Notes under the pieces: generated by a model | What the model was told of the DNA's origin: nothing | What the model saw: only the letters and a program-made list of their open reading frames with translations | Databases searched by the model: none | From: Octopus bimaculoides | Lineage: Eukaryota | Assembly (NCBI RefSeq): GCF_001194135.2 | Contig: NC_068991.1 | Location: forward strand, 7,757,806 to 7,814,371 | Direction of reading: 5' to 3' | DNA length: 56,566 nucleotides | Translations under genes and position numbers: made by a program | Part shown: positions 1 through 13,289 of the stretch, one piece after another | Numbering within the stretch: position 1 is the stretch's first letter | Layout: every line of letters begins with the position of its first letter

Positions 1-325
1 GGTACGTGTAAAGACATTCGAGCGAGATCATTGCCAGTGCCGCTTGACTGGCTCCTGTGCAGGTGGCACGTAAAATACACCATTTTGAGCGTGGCCGTTG
101 CCAGTACCACTTGACTGGCCTTCGTGCCAGTGGCACGTAAAAGCACCCACTACACTCTCGGAGTGGTTGGCTTTAGGAAGGGCATCCAGCTGTAGAAACT
201 CTGCCAAATCAGATTGGAGCCTGATGAAGTCATCTGGTTCACCAGTCCTCAGTCAAATCGTCCAACCCATGCTAGCATGGAAAGCGGACGTTAAACGATG
301 ATGATGATGATGATAATGATGATGA
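1..325 (+). mobile_element. (ATG)n-tailed RTE-related retroposon 3' end. Other copies near 1281, 4997, 7803, 16040, 23970, 26500, 28020, 31530, 34820, 38570, 41590, 47730, 55085
   Basis: Recurring ggaagggcatccagctgtagaaactctgccaaatcagattggagcc...catgctagcatggaaagcggacgttaaacgatgatgatg in both orientations. Confidence 0.8.
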
Positions 326-3118
326 CGATTGAAATAAAAGGGAATGCTAGAAATTTTCATTTTTGTATGTTTTGTAAGATTTTTGATATGAAATTGTGTC
401 TCAAAACTGATATACTTTGGAGGGGTCACTGTGCCCATATTTTTATCATCCTTTGATGCATTTTGATATATCATCAGTGATGTTTTCTGGGCGGAGGGAG
501 GTCATTAGATGTTTCAGGGTCTTCCAACATCAGACACCCTCATTCAGGTGACCCAACCGAGGTTGATCCAGGGTACACACACACACACTCGCAGATACAC
601 TCCCTCCCCCACACTCACAACCCACACAACCATCACATGATGTCTAGACAAGGGTACACACAAACACACTCAAAGATACGCCCCCTCCCCCACACCTATC
701 CACCCACATACACAGACCCCCTCCATACACACAGCCAACATATTACAACCATCACATGATGTCTAGACAAAGGTACACACAAACACGCACTCAAGGATAC
801 GCCCCCTCCCACACACACGCACATATGCACCCCCACTCCTCCCCACACACATGATAGCCTTCTTTCAGTTTCTCTTTACCAAAACCACTCACATACTCTG
901 GGCTATAGTAGAAGACACTTTCCCCAAGATTCTGTGCTGTGGGATTGAACTCACGACCATACGGTTTACAAGCAGGCATCTTAACCACATAACCACAATA
1001 TCGAAAAACACACTTCATCTGCTTTGACCAAATCCAAGATTTTTAATTACAAAAAATTCTTTCTTAGGGTCTCAGAAAAGATATATATAATTAATTAATA
1101 AAGTTCTCTGAATATAATTTATCTGACAAGATATAACAATACAGTATAGAGATTCTCCCCTACAGAAAGACACCTGCTCCTGTCCCTTTATCACACTCTA
1201 ACCTCTTAACACCTGCCGCAAAGCCACCTCGCTCAATACTACTCACTACCTCAGTTTAGGGGTCGTGTTTAACAAGTTACTTGGTGACCTCATTAGTGTC
1301 AGTGACACATAAAATGCATGTAACACACTCTACAAAGTGGTTAGCATTAGGAATGGCATCCAGTTGTGGAAACCATGCCAAAGCAGACACTGTGGAGCTG
1401 GGTACAGTCCTATGGTTTGCCAGCTCCTGTCAAACCATCCCAACAAATGCCAGCATAGAAAAAGGGATGTTAAATGACAATGACTTTGGCGGTGGTGGTC
1501 AGCTTTCAATTTAAGTGGCTAGTTTAATTATTTACAAGAATTTATATGAACATTGACTTAGTATAGAACAACAAAAATGCAAAGCACCATAGCAGCACCA
1601 AACTGGACAAATTGCTTTATTTTACTTTAGCTGGTTGATCTGAGTTTCGAGCCCTGTGCCTTTTTATCTCTTTGAGAACGACTAAACAAGACCCCCCTCC
1701 CTCCACACACAGTATATAAGATTTGAACTATACCCTTGTATCAAATTAACAAATAAAAAGACTTATATAGCTATTGGTGTTTCATAGCCCAATCTTATAT
1801 ACTATATCTTCTCTTCTTTCCCTATAAGGCTCAGCTAATAATTTTGATTCCAGATATTTTGTTGCTAGAATCGAAATAGTTTTACACATGTTTTGTTACT
1901 GTCATTCAGAGGACTACTATAACTTTCAACCAGTAAACAGAGCACAATAGCAGAAATATTTTCCAAGTGAATGTAGAAATGAATTGTATTGTCATCCCTT
2001 AATCTTGACTCACCAACCCCTTGCTATTTTAGTGGGCTTTTTTTTTTTATATCATTCTTTTCAAAGGAAACTCTCAAGGGTTTAAAAAAAATTTTTTTTT
2101 TATTGAAGTGAAATACTGCAGCTTGTCTCCTCTTTTGCCTGTTTTTCTGACTGCCTCTCCATTTATCAACTTTAGTCCTTTTCTCTTGTACATTAGCCTT
2201 CCTCTTCTTTTGCCTCTTGCACTCACTCACTCTCTCTCTCTCTCTTATCAGCTGCCTTGGTATTTATAGGGCAAACGTGTGAAAACACACACGCATAGTT
2301 GATTTGATAATGTATAATTATATTTATGAAAGTTAAAAAAAAAATAGAATATAAGAAATTAACATACTAGCTAAAAAAAAATTATAAAATTTTGTGAATA
2401 TTTTATTTTAAAACCATCAGATTGGCTGGAATATAGAGGCAAGGGTGCTAAACCGGAACTATTCCTGATAATCTAGAATTCTTTTACTCTTTTACTTGAT
2501 TGCAGCCATGCTGGAGCACCACCTTTAGTCAAACAAATCGATCCCAGGACGTATTGTTTGTAAGCCTAGTACTTATTCTATCAGTTGCTTTTGCCGAACC
2601 ACTAAGTTATGGGAACATAAACACACCAACATCGGTTGTTAAGCGATGGTGGAGGTACACACACACACACATATATGATGGGCTTCTTTCAGTTACCGTC
2701 TACCAAGTTTACTCGCAAGGCTTTGGTTGGACCAAGACTATAGTGGAAGACACTCGCCCAAGGTGCCACGCAGTGGGACTGAACCTGGAACCATGTGGTT
2801 GGTAAGCAGGCTATTTACCACACAGCCACTCCTGCATCTATCCATACACCCAATTTTTTTTTTTTCCTTGTTTCAGTCATTGGACTGTGACCATGCTGGA
2901 AGCACTTCATTGAAGGGCCTTGTCAAAAAAATTGATACCATTACTTACTTTTTTTCTTGAATCTGTTACTTATTCTACTGGTTTCCTATCAAATGACTAA
3001 GCTATAGAGATGTAAACAAACCAACACCAGTTATCAGGCAGTGGGGAAGGTCATACGTATACCCAAAGACACACAAGCACATATACATACATACATACAT
3101 ATGTGTGTGTATATATAC

Positions 3119-3149
<31 letters not shown>

Positions 3150-3801
3150 AATATATATATATATGTATGTATATGCATGATGGGCTTCTTTCAGTTTTCA
3201 TAAGCCAAATCTCTTCACAAGGCATTGGTTGGCCTCAGGTTATAGAAGGCACTTGCCCAAGGTTTCACTCAGTGGGACTGAACCTGAAAACATGTGATTG
3301 GAAAGCAAACATTTTACAACAGAGCCATGCCTGGAAAAGCTCTCTCGTTCTATAATTAATCAGTTATTAGCCTGTTCATTAACACTAAGAGAGTTAATTA
3401 ATATTTTTAGATATCTTTCTTTTTATGGAAAAGAATTTTTAAAAGCTAAACATCGTTAAAAATAACATTTATTACTTCTAATTATAATTTCAGTTTTTGT
3501 TTTTTTCAAAGGGAGGGTCCGTCTGTTCTGTCTGTAGACTACAAAACTTATGTAGAAGCCGGAAAGTGGAAGTGGGCATGTAAGGAAAGACGTGGGGTTA
3601 ATATTTCTTTTGAAGAGTCAAAGATTTTTAATTGGTGATTTAAAAGAATGATTCAATTTTAGTTGGAAAGAATATTTTGTGCAACATTTCGTGCATTGAA
3701 CTCGGAGGAGGGTGATGCGTGTTTTACACACATATACATGTGTGTACATATATATATATATATGTGTGTGTTTGTGCACATGTGTGTGTGTGTGTGTGCT
3801 T

Positions 3802-3854
<53 letters not shown>

Positions 3855-3862
3855 TATATATG

Positions 3863-3894
<32 letters not shown>

Positions 3895-3970
3895 CACATA
3901 CACACACACATATATGTGTGTATGTATATACATGTATGTATGTATACATATATGTATGTATGTATATATG

Positions 3971-4001
<31 letters not shown>

Positions 4002-5501
4002 GAATGAATGTATGTATGCATGTATGTATGTGTGTGCATGTGAACATACACACATGCATACATATACATACATATATATATATTTGGATAGAGAAAGAGA
4101 GAGAGATAGAGAGAAAGAGATGCAGAAATGGAAGGAAAACAGAAGAGACTCAAGGAGACCATGACATAAATCCAGAGAAAGCAGGGGGGAGGAGCAGGGG
4201 TGGGGGGGACAACGGGCAGAGACTAAAGGTGCAAACCACGCAAACACGGGAGGAGAAGTGAGAGAATCCGTGAACAAGGGAAAAGATGAGAAAAGTCTAG
4301 AGATAGAAATTAAAAATAGAATAAGAGATGAGATGAGATATTGATTTGTTATATAAGCACAAGTCTTCAGATGTTTATAGCAGAAGAGAAATGTGATTGT
4401 GAGATGTANNNNNNNNNNNNNNNNNNNNNNNNNNNNNNNNNNNNNNNNNNNNNNNNNNNNNNNNNNNNNNNNNNNNNNNNNNNNNNNNNNNNNNNNNNNN
4501 NNNNNNNNNNNNNNNNNNNNNNNNNNNNNNNNNNNNNNNNNNNNNNNNNNNNNNNNNNNNNNNNNNNNNNNNNNNNNNNNNNNNNNNNNNNNNNNNNNNN
4601 NNNNNNNNNNNNNNNNNNNNNNNNNNNNNNNNNNNNNNNNNNCAAATTGACCCCAGGACTTATTCATTGTAAGCCTAGTACTTATTCTATCGGTCTCTTT
4701 TACCGAACTGCTAAGTTACGGGAACGTAAACACACCAGCCTCGGTTGTCAAGCGAAGTTGGAGGGGGGGGGGGGACAAACACAGACACACAAATATACAC
4801 ACACACATATATATATATACATATATACGACGGGCTTCTTTCAGTTTTCGTCTACCAAATCCACCCCCAAGGCTTTGGTCAGCCTGAGGCTAAAGTTGAA
4901 GACACTTGCCCAAGGTGCCCTGCAGTGGGACTGAACCCGGAACCATGTGGTTGGTAAGCAAGCTACTTACCACAAACATTTTTGAAGGAGCATGGTGTAT
5001 TCATTATCATCATCATCATCATCATCAACATTCAACATCTGTTTTCCATGCTGGCATGGGTTGGACAGCTTGACAGGAACTGGCAGTGCCAGAGGCCACA
5101 CCAGGATCCATGGTCTGTTCTGACTTCATTTCTATGGCTTGATGCCCTTCCTAATACCAGTCACATTAATGAGTACACTGGGTGCTCATAATTAATATAA
5201 AATTATATCATTTACTGTATATTTTTAATTGTTATGATGAAATCAAAATATATGCTGAGATAGAGATTGATAAACAAAAGTAATTATATGCTTGGATGTT
5301 TAAACAGATTAGAGAAGTGGATATACATGTTTATTCAGGCTGTTCTAAGACAAATTTACATCCTCCCCACCACCACCACCACCAATCACCATATACATAT
5401 TTACTATTTTATGCCCTATTCATTTGTATAGTATAGTTCCACTTGAATAAAACTTTTATCAAAAGAAACAAGCTTTTTGTTTACTTTGTTGTATTGTTTA
5501 G

Positions 5502-5658
5502 AATCCACAATGATATCAATCTTAACTGTAACATTAATCATTGCAAAGAATTTGGCAAAAACTGCATTGTAAGAGAAACAGATGAAAGCAGCCTTCATGT
5601 TGAGTCGGCAGATTTTGAGTCTCTGAAAGAGTTGCAAATGGCAATGAAAGAACTTTGA
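5502..5658 (+). CDS. Possible terminal exon of an unidentified upstream gene (IHNDINLNCNINHCKEFGK...ESLKELQMAMKEL*)
   Basis: Good T-rich acceptor (ttgttgtattgtttag), non-repetitive protein-like composition, stop. No homology recognised. Confidence 0.25.
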
Positions 5659-6379
5659 CGAACAAACAAACTGATTGACTGTTTAACCAACTCGTTAAAC
5701 AAATGATCGATTAGTTAGATAGATACTTAACCAATTGACTAATAAGAAAGAAGTGAAATCAAACCTGTACATGTGTTATTATTATTGGCGTATTGACTCT
5801 CTAAAATTTGTTTCAACACACAAATTCAAACCAAGAACCTTGAAACTATTTTGTAATCAAATGAACTTATTCCATATACATAAGCACCCATAAACATTAA
5901 ATAAGTGGCCTCTACTTAGGAATTTATCTGTCATAAAGCATATCCAAGCAAGTGGCCTTCTGTTATTTCTGAGCCAAGAATGTTAATCTGGTGATCTTGG
6001 CTTTGCTGTCACACAAATAAATACTATTAATCTATGCAACTCCTTTCTTTAAGAGTGCTTTGATTATAGAAGGAGGTCATCCAATAATGAAGTGTTCCTT
6101 GATAATAGAATGAGCTTCATCTGCTCTTTCATTGAAAAGTAAAATATAAAGCAAAGACATTGATAAATGCATTAACCCTTTCGTTAGTCCACATTACTTC
6201 ATAAGGAGCGTAGGGCTGGCTTCCCAGTTTCTCTGGCGTATATATTCTTTCCTGGATGGGACACCAATCTGTAAGCAAGATTGTTAAGTAGACTGGAGCA
6301 ATAAAAAATAAAGTGTTTTGCTCAAGAACACAGTGCATCGCCCAATCCAGGAATCGAAACCACAATTTTATGATCATGA

Positions 6380-7020
6380 GTCAATCAATCAATCAATCAA
6401 TCAATCTATCTATCTATCTGCCTGTCTATATACCTAACTATCTACCTACTTATCTACCTAATCAATCAATCAATCAATCAGTCTATTCATCTGTCTGTTT
6501 ACCTAATCAATCAATCAGTCAATCAACCTGTCTATCTATCTAGCTGTCTGGCTATCTATCCATATACCTATCTACCTAATCAATCACTTGATCACTCAAT
6601 CAATCAACCTGTCTGTCTGTCTACGTATATATCCATCTACCTGTCTACCCACCTACATGTTTGTTGTTTAACTGTCCATCAATCAGTTTCTATGGCTATT
6701 TGGCTGTCCATCCATCCACCCACCCATCCATCCATCCATCCATCTATTCACACATCTAATCTATTTGTCTGTCTGTCTATCTGTCTGTCTGCTTGTCTGT
6801 CTATCTGTGTGTCTGCCTGCCTGTCTGTCTATCTGTGTGTCTGCCTGCCTGCCTGCTTATCTGCCTGTCTGTCTGCCTGTCTGTCTGTCTATCTGTGTGT
6901 CTGTCTGCCTGTCTGCCTGTCTGCCTGCCTGCCTGCTTATCTGCCTGTCTGTCTATTTGTGTGTCTGTCTGCCTGCCTGTCTATCTGTGTGTCTGTCTGC
7001 CTGCCTGCCTGCCTGTCTCT
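6380..7020. repeat. Compound tetranucleotide microsatellite block (ATCA, ATCT, ATCC, TCTG/CCTG)
   Basis: Direct reading; source of several spurious ORFs. Confidence 0.95.
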
Positions 7021-7194
7021 GAAATCAGGAACAGACCATGCAGCTTCTTAGCAAACATGCCAGTTCTTGTGATGAGGAGATAAGTAGACATGTCTTTCTT
7101 GAGTGAGTTAAATGCCATGGCGTGGTATGACTGTCTTTGAACTAGTATTTATGAAACAGAAATGGATAGTCTGATAAACATCTTAGGAAGTAGA

Positions 7195-7195
<1 letters not shown>

Positions 7196-7264
<69 letters not shown>
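7196..7264. repeat. (AAT)n microsatellite. Many more (TA)n, (CA)n, (AG)n, (ATG)n, (CAA)n tracts occur, e.g. 3745-4085, 7490-7560, 13095-13285, 24560-24630, 27945-28055
   Basis: Direct reading. Confidence 0.95.
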
Positions 7265-7266
<2 letters not shown>

Positions 7267-7518
7267 GAAATAACAAAGAAACAGAAAATAAACTTTTGGC
7301 AAACAAACTGAGTTAAACAAACAGAAAGAAAAATATTGATGAAATATATGAAAGAAACTATACAATAACAATCAATACAGAACAAATAGTTGTTCTATAT
7401 TGATTATTGAATTCAACAGAACCATGGAACTAAATTAATGTGAAAACTAAGAACTGATAAACTGAGTCATCTGTAATACAGCTAACTATATGAGAGAGAG
7501 AGAGAGGGGGGAGAGAGA

Positions 7519-7563
<45 letters not shown>

Positions 7564-8011
7564 CATGGCAACTGAGACAGCTAATCAGTTTAATTAGTCC
7601 TTTCTTTTTTTTTGTAAGAGTAATGAAACAAACAATAACATAAAAACAAAAAGGAGAATGCTGAAGATCACTGAAACTATTATTATTATTATTATTATTA
7701 TTAGAAAAGACCTTGAAATTTCTAGAGATGAAGAAGTCAATATATTAAACATACTGCATGTGTGTGTGAATGTATATGTGTGTATGTGTGTGTGTATTTG
7801 TCGTCATTTAACATCCACTTTCCATGCTAGCATGGGTTGGACGATTTGACTGAGGACTGGTGAAACCAGATGGCTACACCAGGCTCCAATCTGATTTGGC
7901 AGAGTTTCTACAGCTGGATGCCCTTCCTAACTCCAACCACTCCGAGAGTGTATTATATATATATATATGTATGTATATATGTATGTGTATATATATGTAT
8001 ATATATATATG

Positions 8012-8066
<55 letters not shown>

Positions 8067-11000
8067 GTGTCTCTATCTATCTATCTATCTATCTATCTGT
8101 CTGTTTCTCTACCTACCTACATATCTAACTACCTAATCAATCTATCTATCTGTCTGTCTATCTATCTTTCTGTCTGTTTATCTGTCTCTCTATACACATG
8201 TATTGTATCCTTGAGCAAGACACTTCATTTCATGTTGCACAAGTCCACTCAGATTGTAATGTAGTAGCATCCTGTTCATGGGGAACGTTGTGATTTAAGA
8301 CACTTATACACCATTGAAAGAGGCTAACTGGCCCTATGAGTCCTAGGACCTGAGACAGTCTATGTCCGGCGGCTGATGCTGATCACAATGAATGCTAGTA
8401 GGTGCCACACCTTTCATGTTGCAGACTTTTCATATTTAGCAGGTCTAGCTGTCAACATCAGCTGATAGTGAATAACACCTTATATGAATGCATAACTGCA
8501 TTCTCTTCTCTGCTTTCTCTCGTCTGTTACGGTCTGTGCCTCTGTGTGTGCCCTTCTCTGGTCTCCTTTTTTTACCCACTCCGGAACAAATCTGATTGGA
8601 CAGATCTGTGGTGACGTCATCACTAAGAAGTTCAGGGATTGTTTAATGTAGAATTCTATTGGTTAGATTTTTGCTGATGTCATCACTTAATTTACCAAAA
8701 TTCTGACCGTTCGTTTTCAAAGATTTTCCTGATTGGAAACCAAGTCCTAGGTTCAAGTCAAAGTATAGGCTTGTTTTAATTGTAATTAATTACAAGAAGA
8801 CAATTCTCAACAATACAAACTTCAAAGACAAAACATAACAAACGAGTATTAATTAGTTCTTAGACTGACCGATTGCATGTGTACATGTGTACGTGTGTGT
8901 GTGTGTGTGTGTGTATGTGTGATAAAGCATTGCATAAGAAGGATTAAACTTGAAAGCTTCATCTCCACAATACTCCATCCATTTCCAAACAACACTAAGG
9001 ATGGAAATGAATTCAGCATTATAAGCTAACCACTGCTTGACAACTGGTACTGATGTGTTTACACCGCCATAACTTAGTGGTTCAGCAAAAAAGATTGATA
9101 GAATAAGTATCAAGCTTAAAAAATAAGTACTGGGGTTGATTTGTTTGAGCAGAATTCTTCAAGGTAGTGCCCCAGCATGGCCACATTCTAATGACTGAAA
9201 GAGGTAAAAGTTAAAAAGATAAAAGCTGACACAACCTTTGTTATGGATTGACTGAATCCTTAGAGTGCTGGACAAATGCCTTACAGCATTTAGTCACAGC
9301 CCTTTGCAGTCTGAGTTCAAACCCTGCTAAGGTCAACTTTGTCCTTCTTTTTGATGGGGTGAAAAGAATAAGGTACCAATCAATTATAGGGGTGAATTTA
9401 ATTGGAAATCTTCATAATTCTTTAACTCCATGTGAAGCTTAGGACATAAGAGATTTCCATCTGTTTTCATCCTTGGCAACTGATTGCAGTTTTCCTTAAG
9501 TGCAGCTGCCTGCCAGCACTCTGGTTTCTATGGACCTTTCCCTTATTGATTTGCTCTGGTGGGAGAAGGTTATTTCCATGTCTATCACTGGACAGCACTG
9601 CCCGATCACTATTCAATAGTGTACCCTCAGATTTATAGTGACATACTTATTTTGAAACTTCACTTTAACATTATTACAAATTAATGACCCCCCAGAATAT
9701 CCTGAAACACCACCAGGCACTAAAGCCTGGTGGTTCTATATGGTAGGCTTTCTTTCAGCTTTCACTAAGTTGCTTTACAGTCTCTGTGGATTACCTCAAC
9801 TTAATCCCCAGAGACTGTTCTGTTGTGCTTCAGTAATATTGTCAAAATTGATAGAGCTGATTGTTAACCCTATGCCTATTGCCCTCCACCTTTCGCAACT
9901 GGGTTTCAGACCAGCTGTGGCAGAGTTTTAATCAACTATACTCTCTTCCGAATATGTATGGCCTTGTGCCAATATTAGAAATCAGTTATGCCATCTTCCA
10001 AAGATGGTAAAGTAGCAGAATGGCAAATTGCCAGAATCAAATATTTAACTTCATTTAATTTTGTTCTTTATTTTCTAGGTTCAAAGTCTTCCTGTAATCA
10101 GTTTTGCTTTTCATCCCTCAAAACCCATGACATATACTGGATCAATTTAACTGGGTAGACATTATTTCACGATTGTTGTCCCCTGTTTTACCCTCTTCTG
10201 ATAGGTTGTAGTACATCTGAACACAATATACATTAAGTTCATTATATTATTTCTTCTACTGTGTCCTAGTGACAATGTGAGAATATTATTCAATAATCAA
10301 TGACTGTTTATGTAATAATTATATCAGGATATAATGCAGACACCTTAAAATAAATCATTTGTTGTAGCAACAATATTTAAGATAATTGAACTAAAAAATC
10401 TCCATTCAAGAGGTGAATATAAAAAATACATACATTTAAAAGTATTAATAAATTCACTGCTCCTATTATTATAAATTATATGCTGGCCTGGTGCCAAAAT
10501 TAGGGCAATTATCATACCATCAAATACAATATCTCTAACTCTTATCTATGTTTCAGTCATTGGACTACAGCCATGTGCTGGGGTACGGCTCTGAAAAAGA
10601 TTAGTTAAGCAAGTCAATATTAGTACTTAATTTTTAAAGTCTGGTATTTATTCTATTGATCTCCTTTTGCCAGACAGCTAAGTTTCAGGCACATAAACAA
10701 ACCAATACAAATAGTGGTAGAGGGTCAAACACAAATGTAAACATGCATACATGCATGTGCATGCACACACACACATATGCGTTACAACATCCGGTAAATG
10801 GAACACTTGTGCACCTGTACAGGTAATGTCAATTTGATGACGAGAGTGAGATTATGTCAACACAAACATTTGATCACTACAAACAAATCATCTGTGTGGT
10901 TGTTAAGAAAGAAACTGCAAGACGCTCATCTATTATCTAACGATGGAAGAATCTATAATACACACACACACACACACATGTTGTGTACAAATGATTGTGT

Positions 11001-12071
11001 GGGTGCAGATGTAAGTGTGTTTGTGTAACAAGTATATACACATATACCATGATGATGATGATGATAATCATCATTTTTACATCTTTTTCATGCTGGCATT
11101 TATGAGACATCATTTTGCAATCTAGAGTCCCTTTTTGATGCTAACCCTTTTAGTTGCCCCTTACAAAATCCAGAGGGATAAGGGTATTGAGCACCTGTTC
11201 TAAAATCCAAGATATACACAGTATGCATAAGCATGGCTGTATGGTAAGAAGCTTGCTTCCCAACCACATGGTTCTAGGTTCAGTCCCGCTACATGGCACC
11301 TTGGGCAAGTGTCTTTTACTACAGCCTCAGACAGACCAAAGCCTTGTGAATGGATTTGGTAGACGGAAACTGAAAGAAGCCTATCATATATATTTATGTG
11401 TGTGTGTGTGTGTGTTCTGTGTGTTATGTTCTATGTGTGTGTCCTATGTGTGTATGTGTGTGTGTGTGTGTGTGTGCTCTGTGTGCATGTGTGTGTGTGT
11501 GTGTGTAGAAGCAAAAACACAATGCATATGATATAGTTTGATACAGTGTCTATGTGAGCACACAATCTGCCAGAAATAGCAGCCGAATCTCCTGCAAATA
11601 TGACCCTATCATCTTAATTAAGGAGAAGGACGCAGTCGATAATGTATTCATATTTACACTACGCCCATAAACAGATGACATGGGCATGGTTGGAACATCT
11701 TTGAAGATAATTTTGCTCAATCAGAGTTCAAACAGGTTTAAACTGTAATGGTTTCGTGAGTTCAAATCTGTTGGTTGTGTTTCATTGTGTTTCTGTGTAG
11801 AACATTATATCATAATACTGCCACCGTCCACTTTGGAAAAAAAAGTCAATAAAAGGCTGGCAAAGCATTGATACACCTTTTGTTATGTAAAGTTAAATAC
11901 ATAATGGAATATATAGTTCAGTCGAGTGAACAGAATGAATAAACATTTATCTTCTATTGATGCATAGATATGTATAAGTGTGTGGGTGGATGGCTGGTTG
12001 AGTGTGGTGTATGTATGTATCTGTTTGTGTGTGTATGTGTGTGTATGTGTGTCTCCCTCTCCCTCTGTCTC

Positions 12072-12123
<52 letters not shown>

Positions 12124-12322
12124 CCTGTCATTTGACTGCAGCTATGCAGGAGCACCGCCTTTGGTTGAACAAATCAACCCTGGACTTATTCTTTGTAAGC
12201 CTGGTACTTATTGGTAGCTTTTGCCGAACTGCTAAGTTACAGGGATGTAAACACACCACCATCGGTTGTCAAGTGATGGTGGAGGGACAAGCACAGACAA
12301 ACACACACACACACATAAACAG

Positions 12323-12562
12323 TTTCTTATTTCTTTACTGCACACAAGGAACTACACACAGAGGGGACAAACAAGGACAGACAAGCGGATTAAGTCGATT
12401 ATATCAACCCTAGTGCATAACTGGAACTTATTTAATTGACCCTGAAAGAATGAAAGGCAAAGTCGACCTCGGCGGAATTTGAACTCAGAATGTAACGGCA
12501 GACGAAATACCGCTAAGCATTTCGCCCAGCGTACTAACATTTCTGCCAGCTAGCTGCCTTTG
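12323..12562 (-). mobile_element. tRNA-derived SINE (family B) nested in a family-A SINE, candidate 9-bp TSD acagtttct. Other copies near 9240, 16860, 27730, 28530-28910, 29880, 35180, 41020, 53390
   Basis: ggcagctagctggcagaaatgttagtacgctgggcgaaatg...gagttcaaattccgccgagg head; TSD at 12319-12327 and 12563-12571. Confidence 0.8.
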
Positions 12563-12774
12563 ACAGTTTCTGTCTACCAAATTCACTCACAAGGCTTTGG
12601 TCGGCCCGAGGCTATAGTAGAAGACACTTGCCCAAGGTGCTACACAGTGGGACTGAACCCGGAACCATGTGGTTGGTAAGTAAGCTACTTACCACACAGC
12701 CACTCCTGCGCCACAGGCCATCAAAGAATGGCCACTGTGTTTCATTGTTGGCTGCAATCTTTTCATGTCAAATT

Positions 12775-12860
12775 CTTGATCACAGTCTCCAGATCCACAC
12801 TCGGCCACTGTCAGAAAATACAGCAAATCTGGACTCATCATAGAATATGACGGAGTCCTC
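12775..12860 (-). mobile_element. Tc1 transposase fragment (first catalytic Asp)
   Basis: DSVIFYDESRFAVFSDSGRVWIWRL*, matching V.FSDES.F. Confidence 0.65.
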
Positions 12861-13088
12861 GGTAATCAATGTAGCATAAAACGAAAATTGTGAAAATGGA
12901 ATTTGGCTTAAATAACTATATACTTTACAGTCTGTATTGAGTACTGCCTTCACCATTTGGTGAGAAAATGTAACACCTGAGTATCATCACCATCACCATC
13001 ACCATCATCATCATCATCATCATCATTTAGCTTCTATTTTCCATTTTCCATGCTGGCAGGAACTGGGGAGCTGCAGGACTGCCACAAG

Positions 13089-13121
<33 letters not shown>

Positions 13122-13148
13122 ATACATATTTATATACACACACATACA

Positions 13149-13289
<141 letters not shown>

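Noticed and set aside
3618-4261. Many 60-150 aa ORFs rich in YI/CV/HT (also 6692-7083, 7860-8264, 11970-12413, 13050-13441, 14742-15097)
   Set aside because: Translations of di- and tetranucleotide microsatellites.
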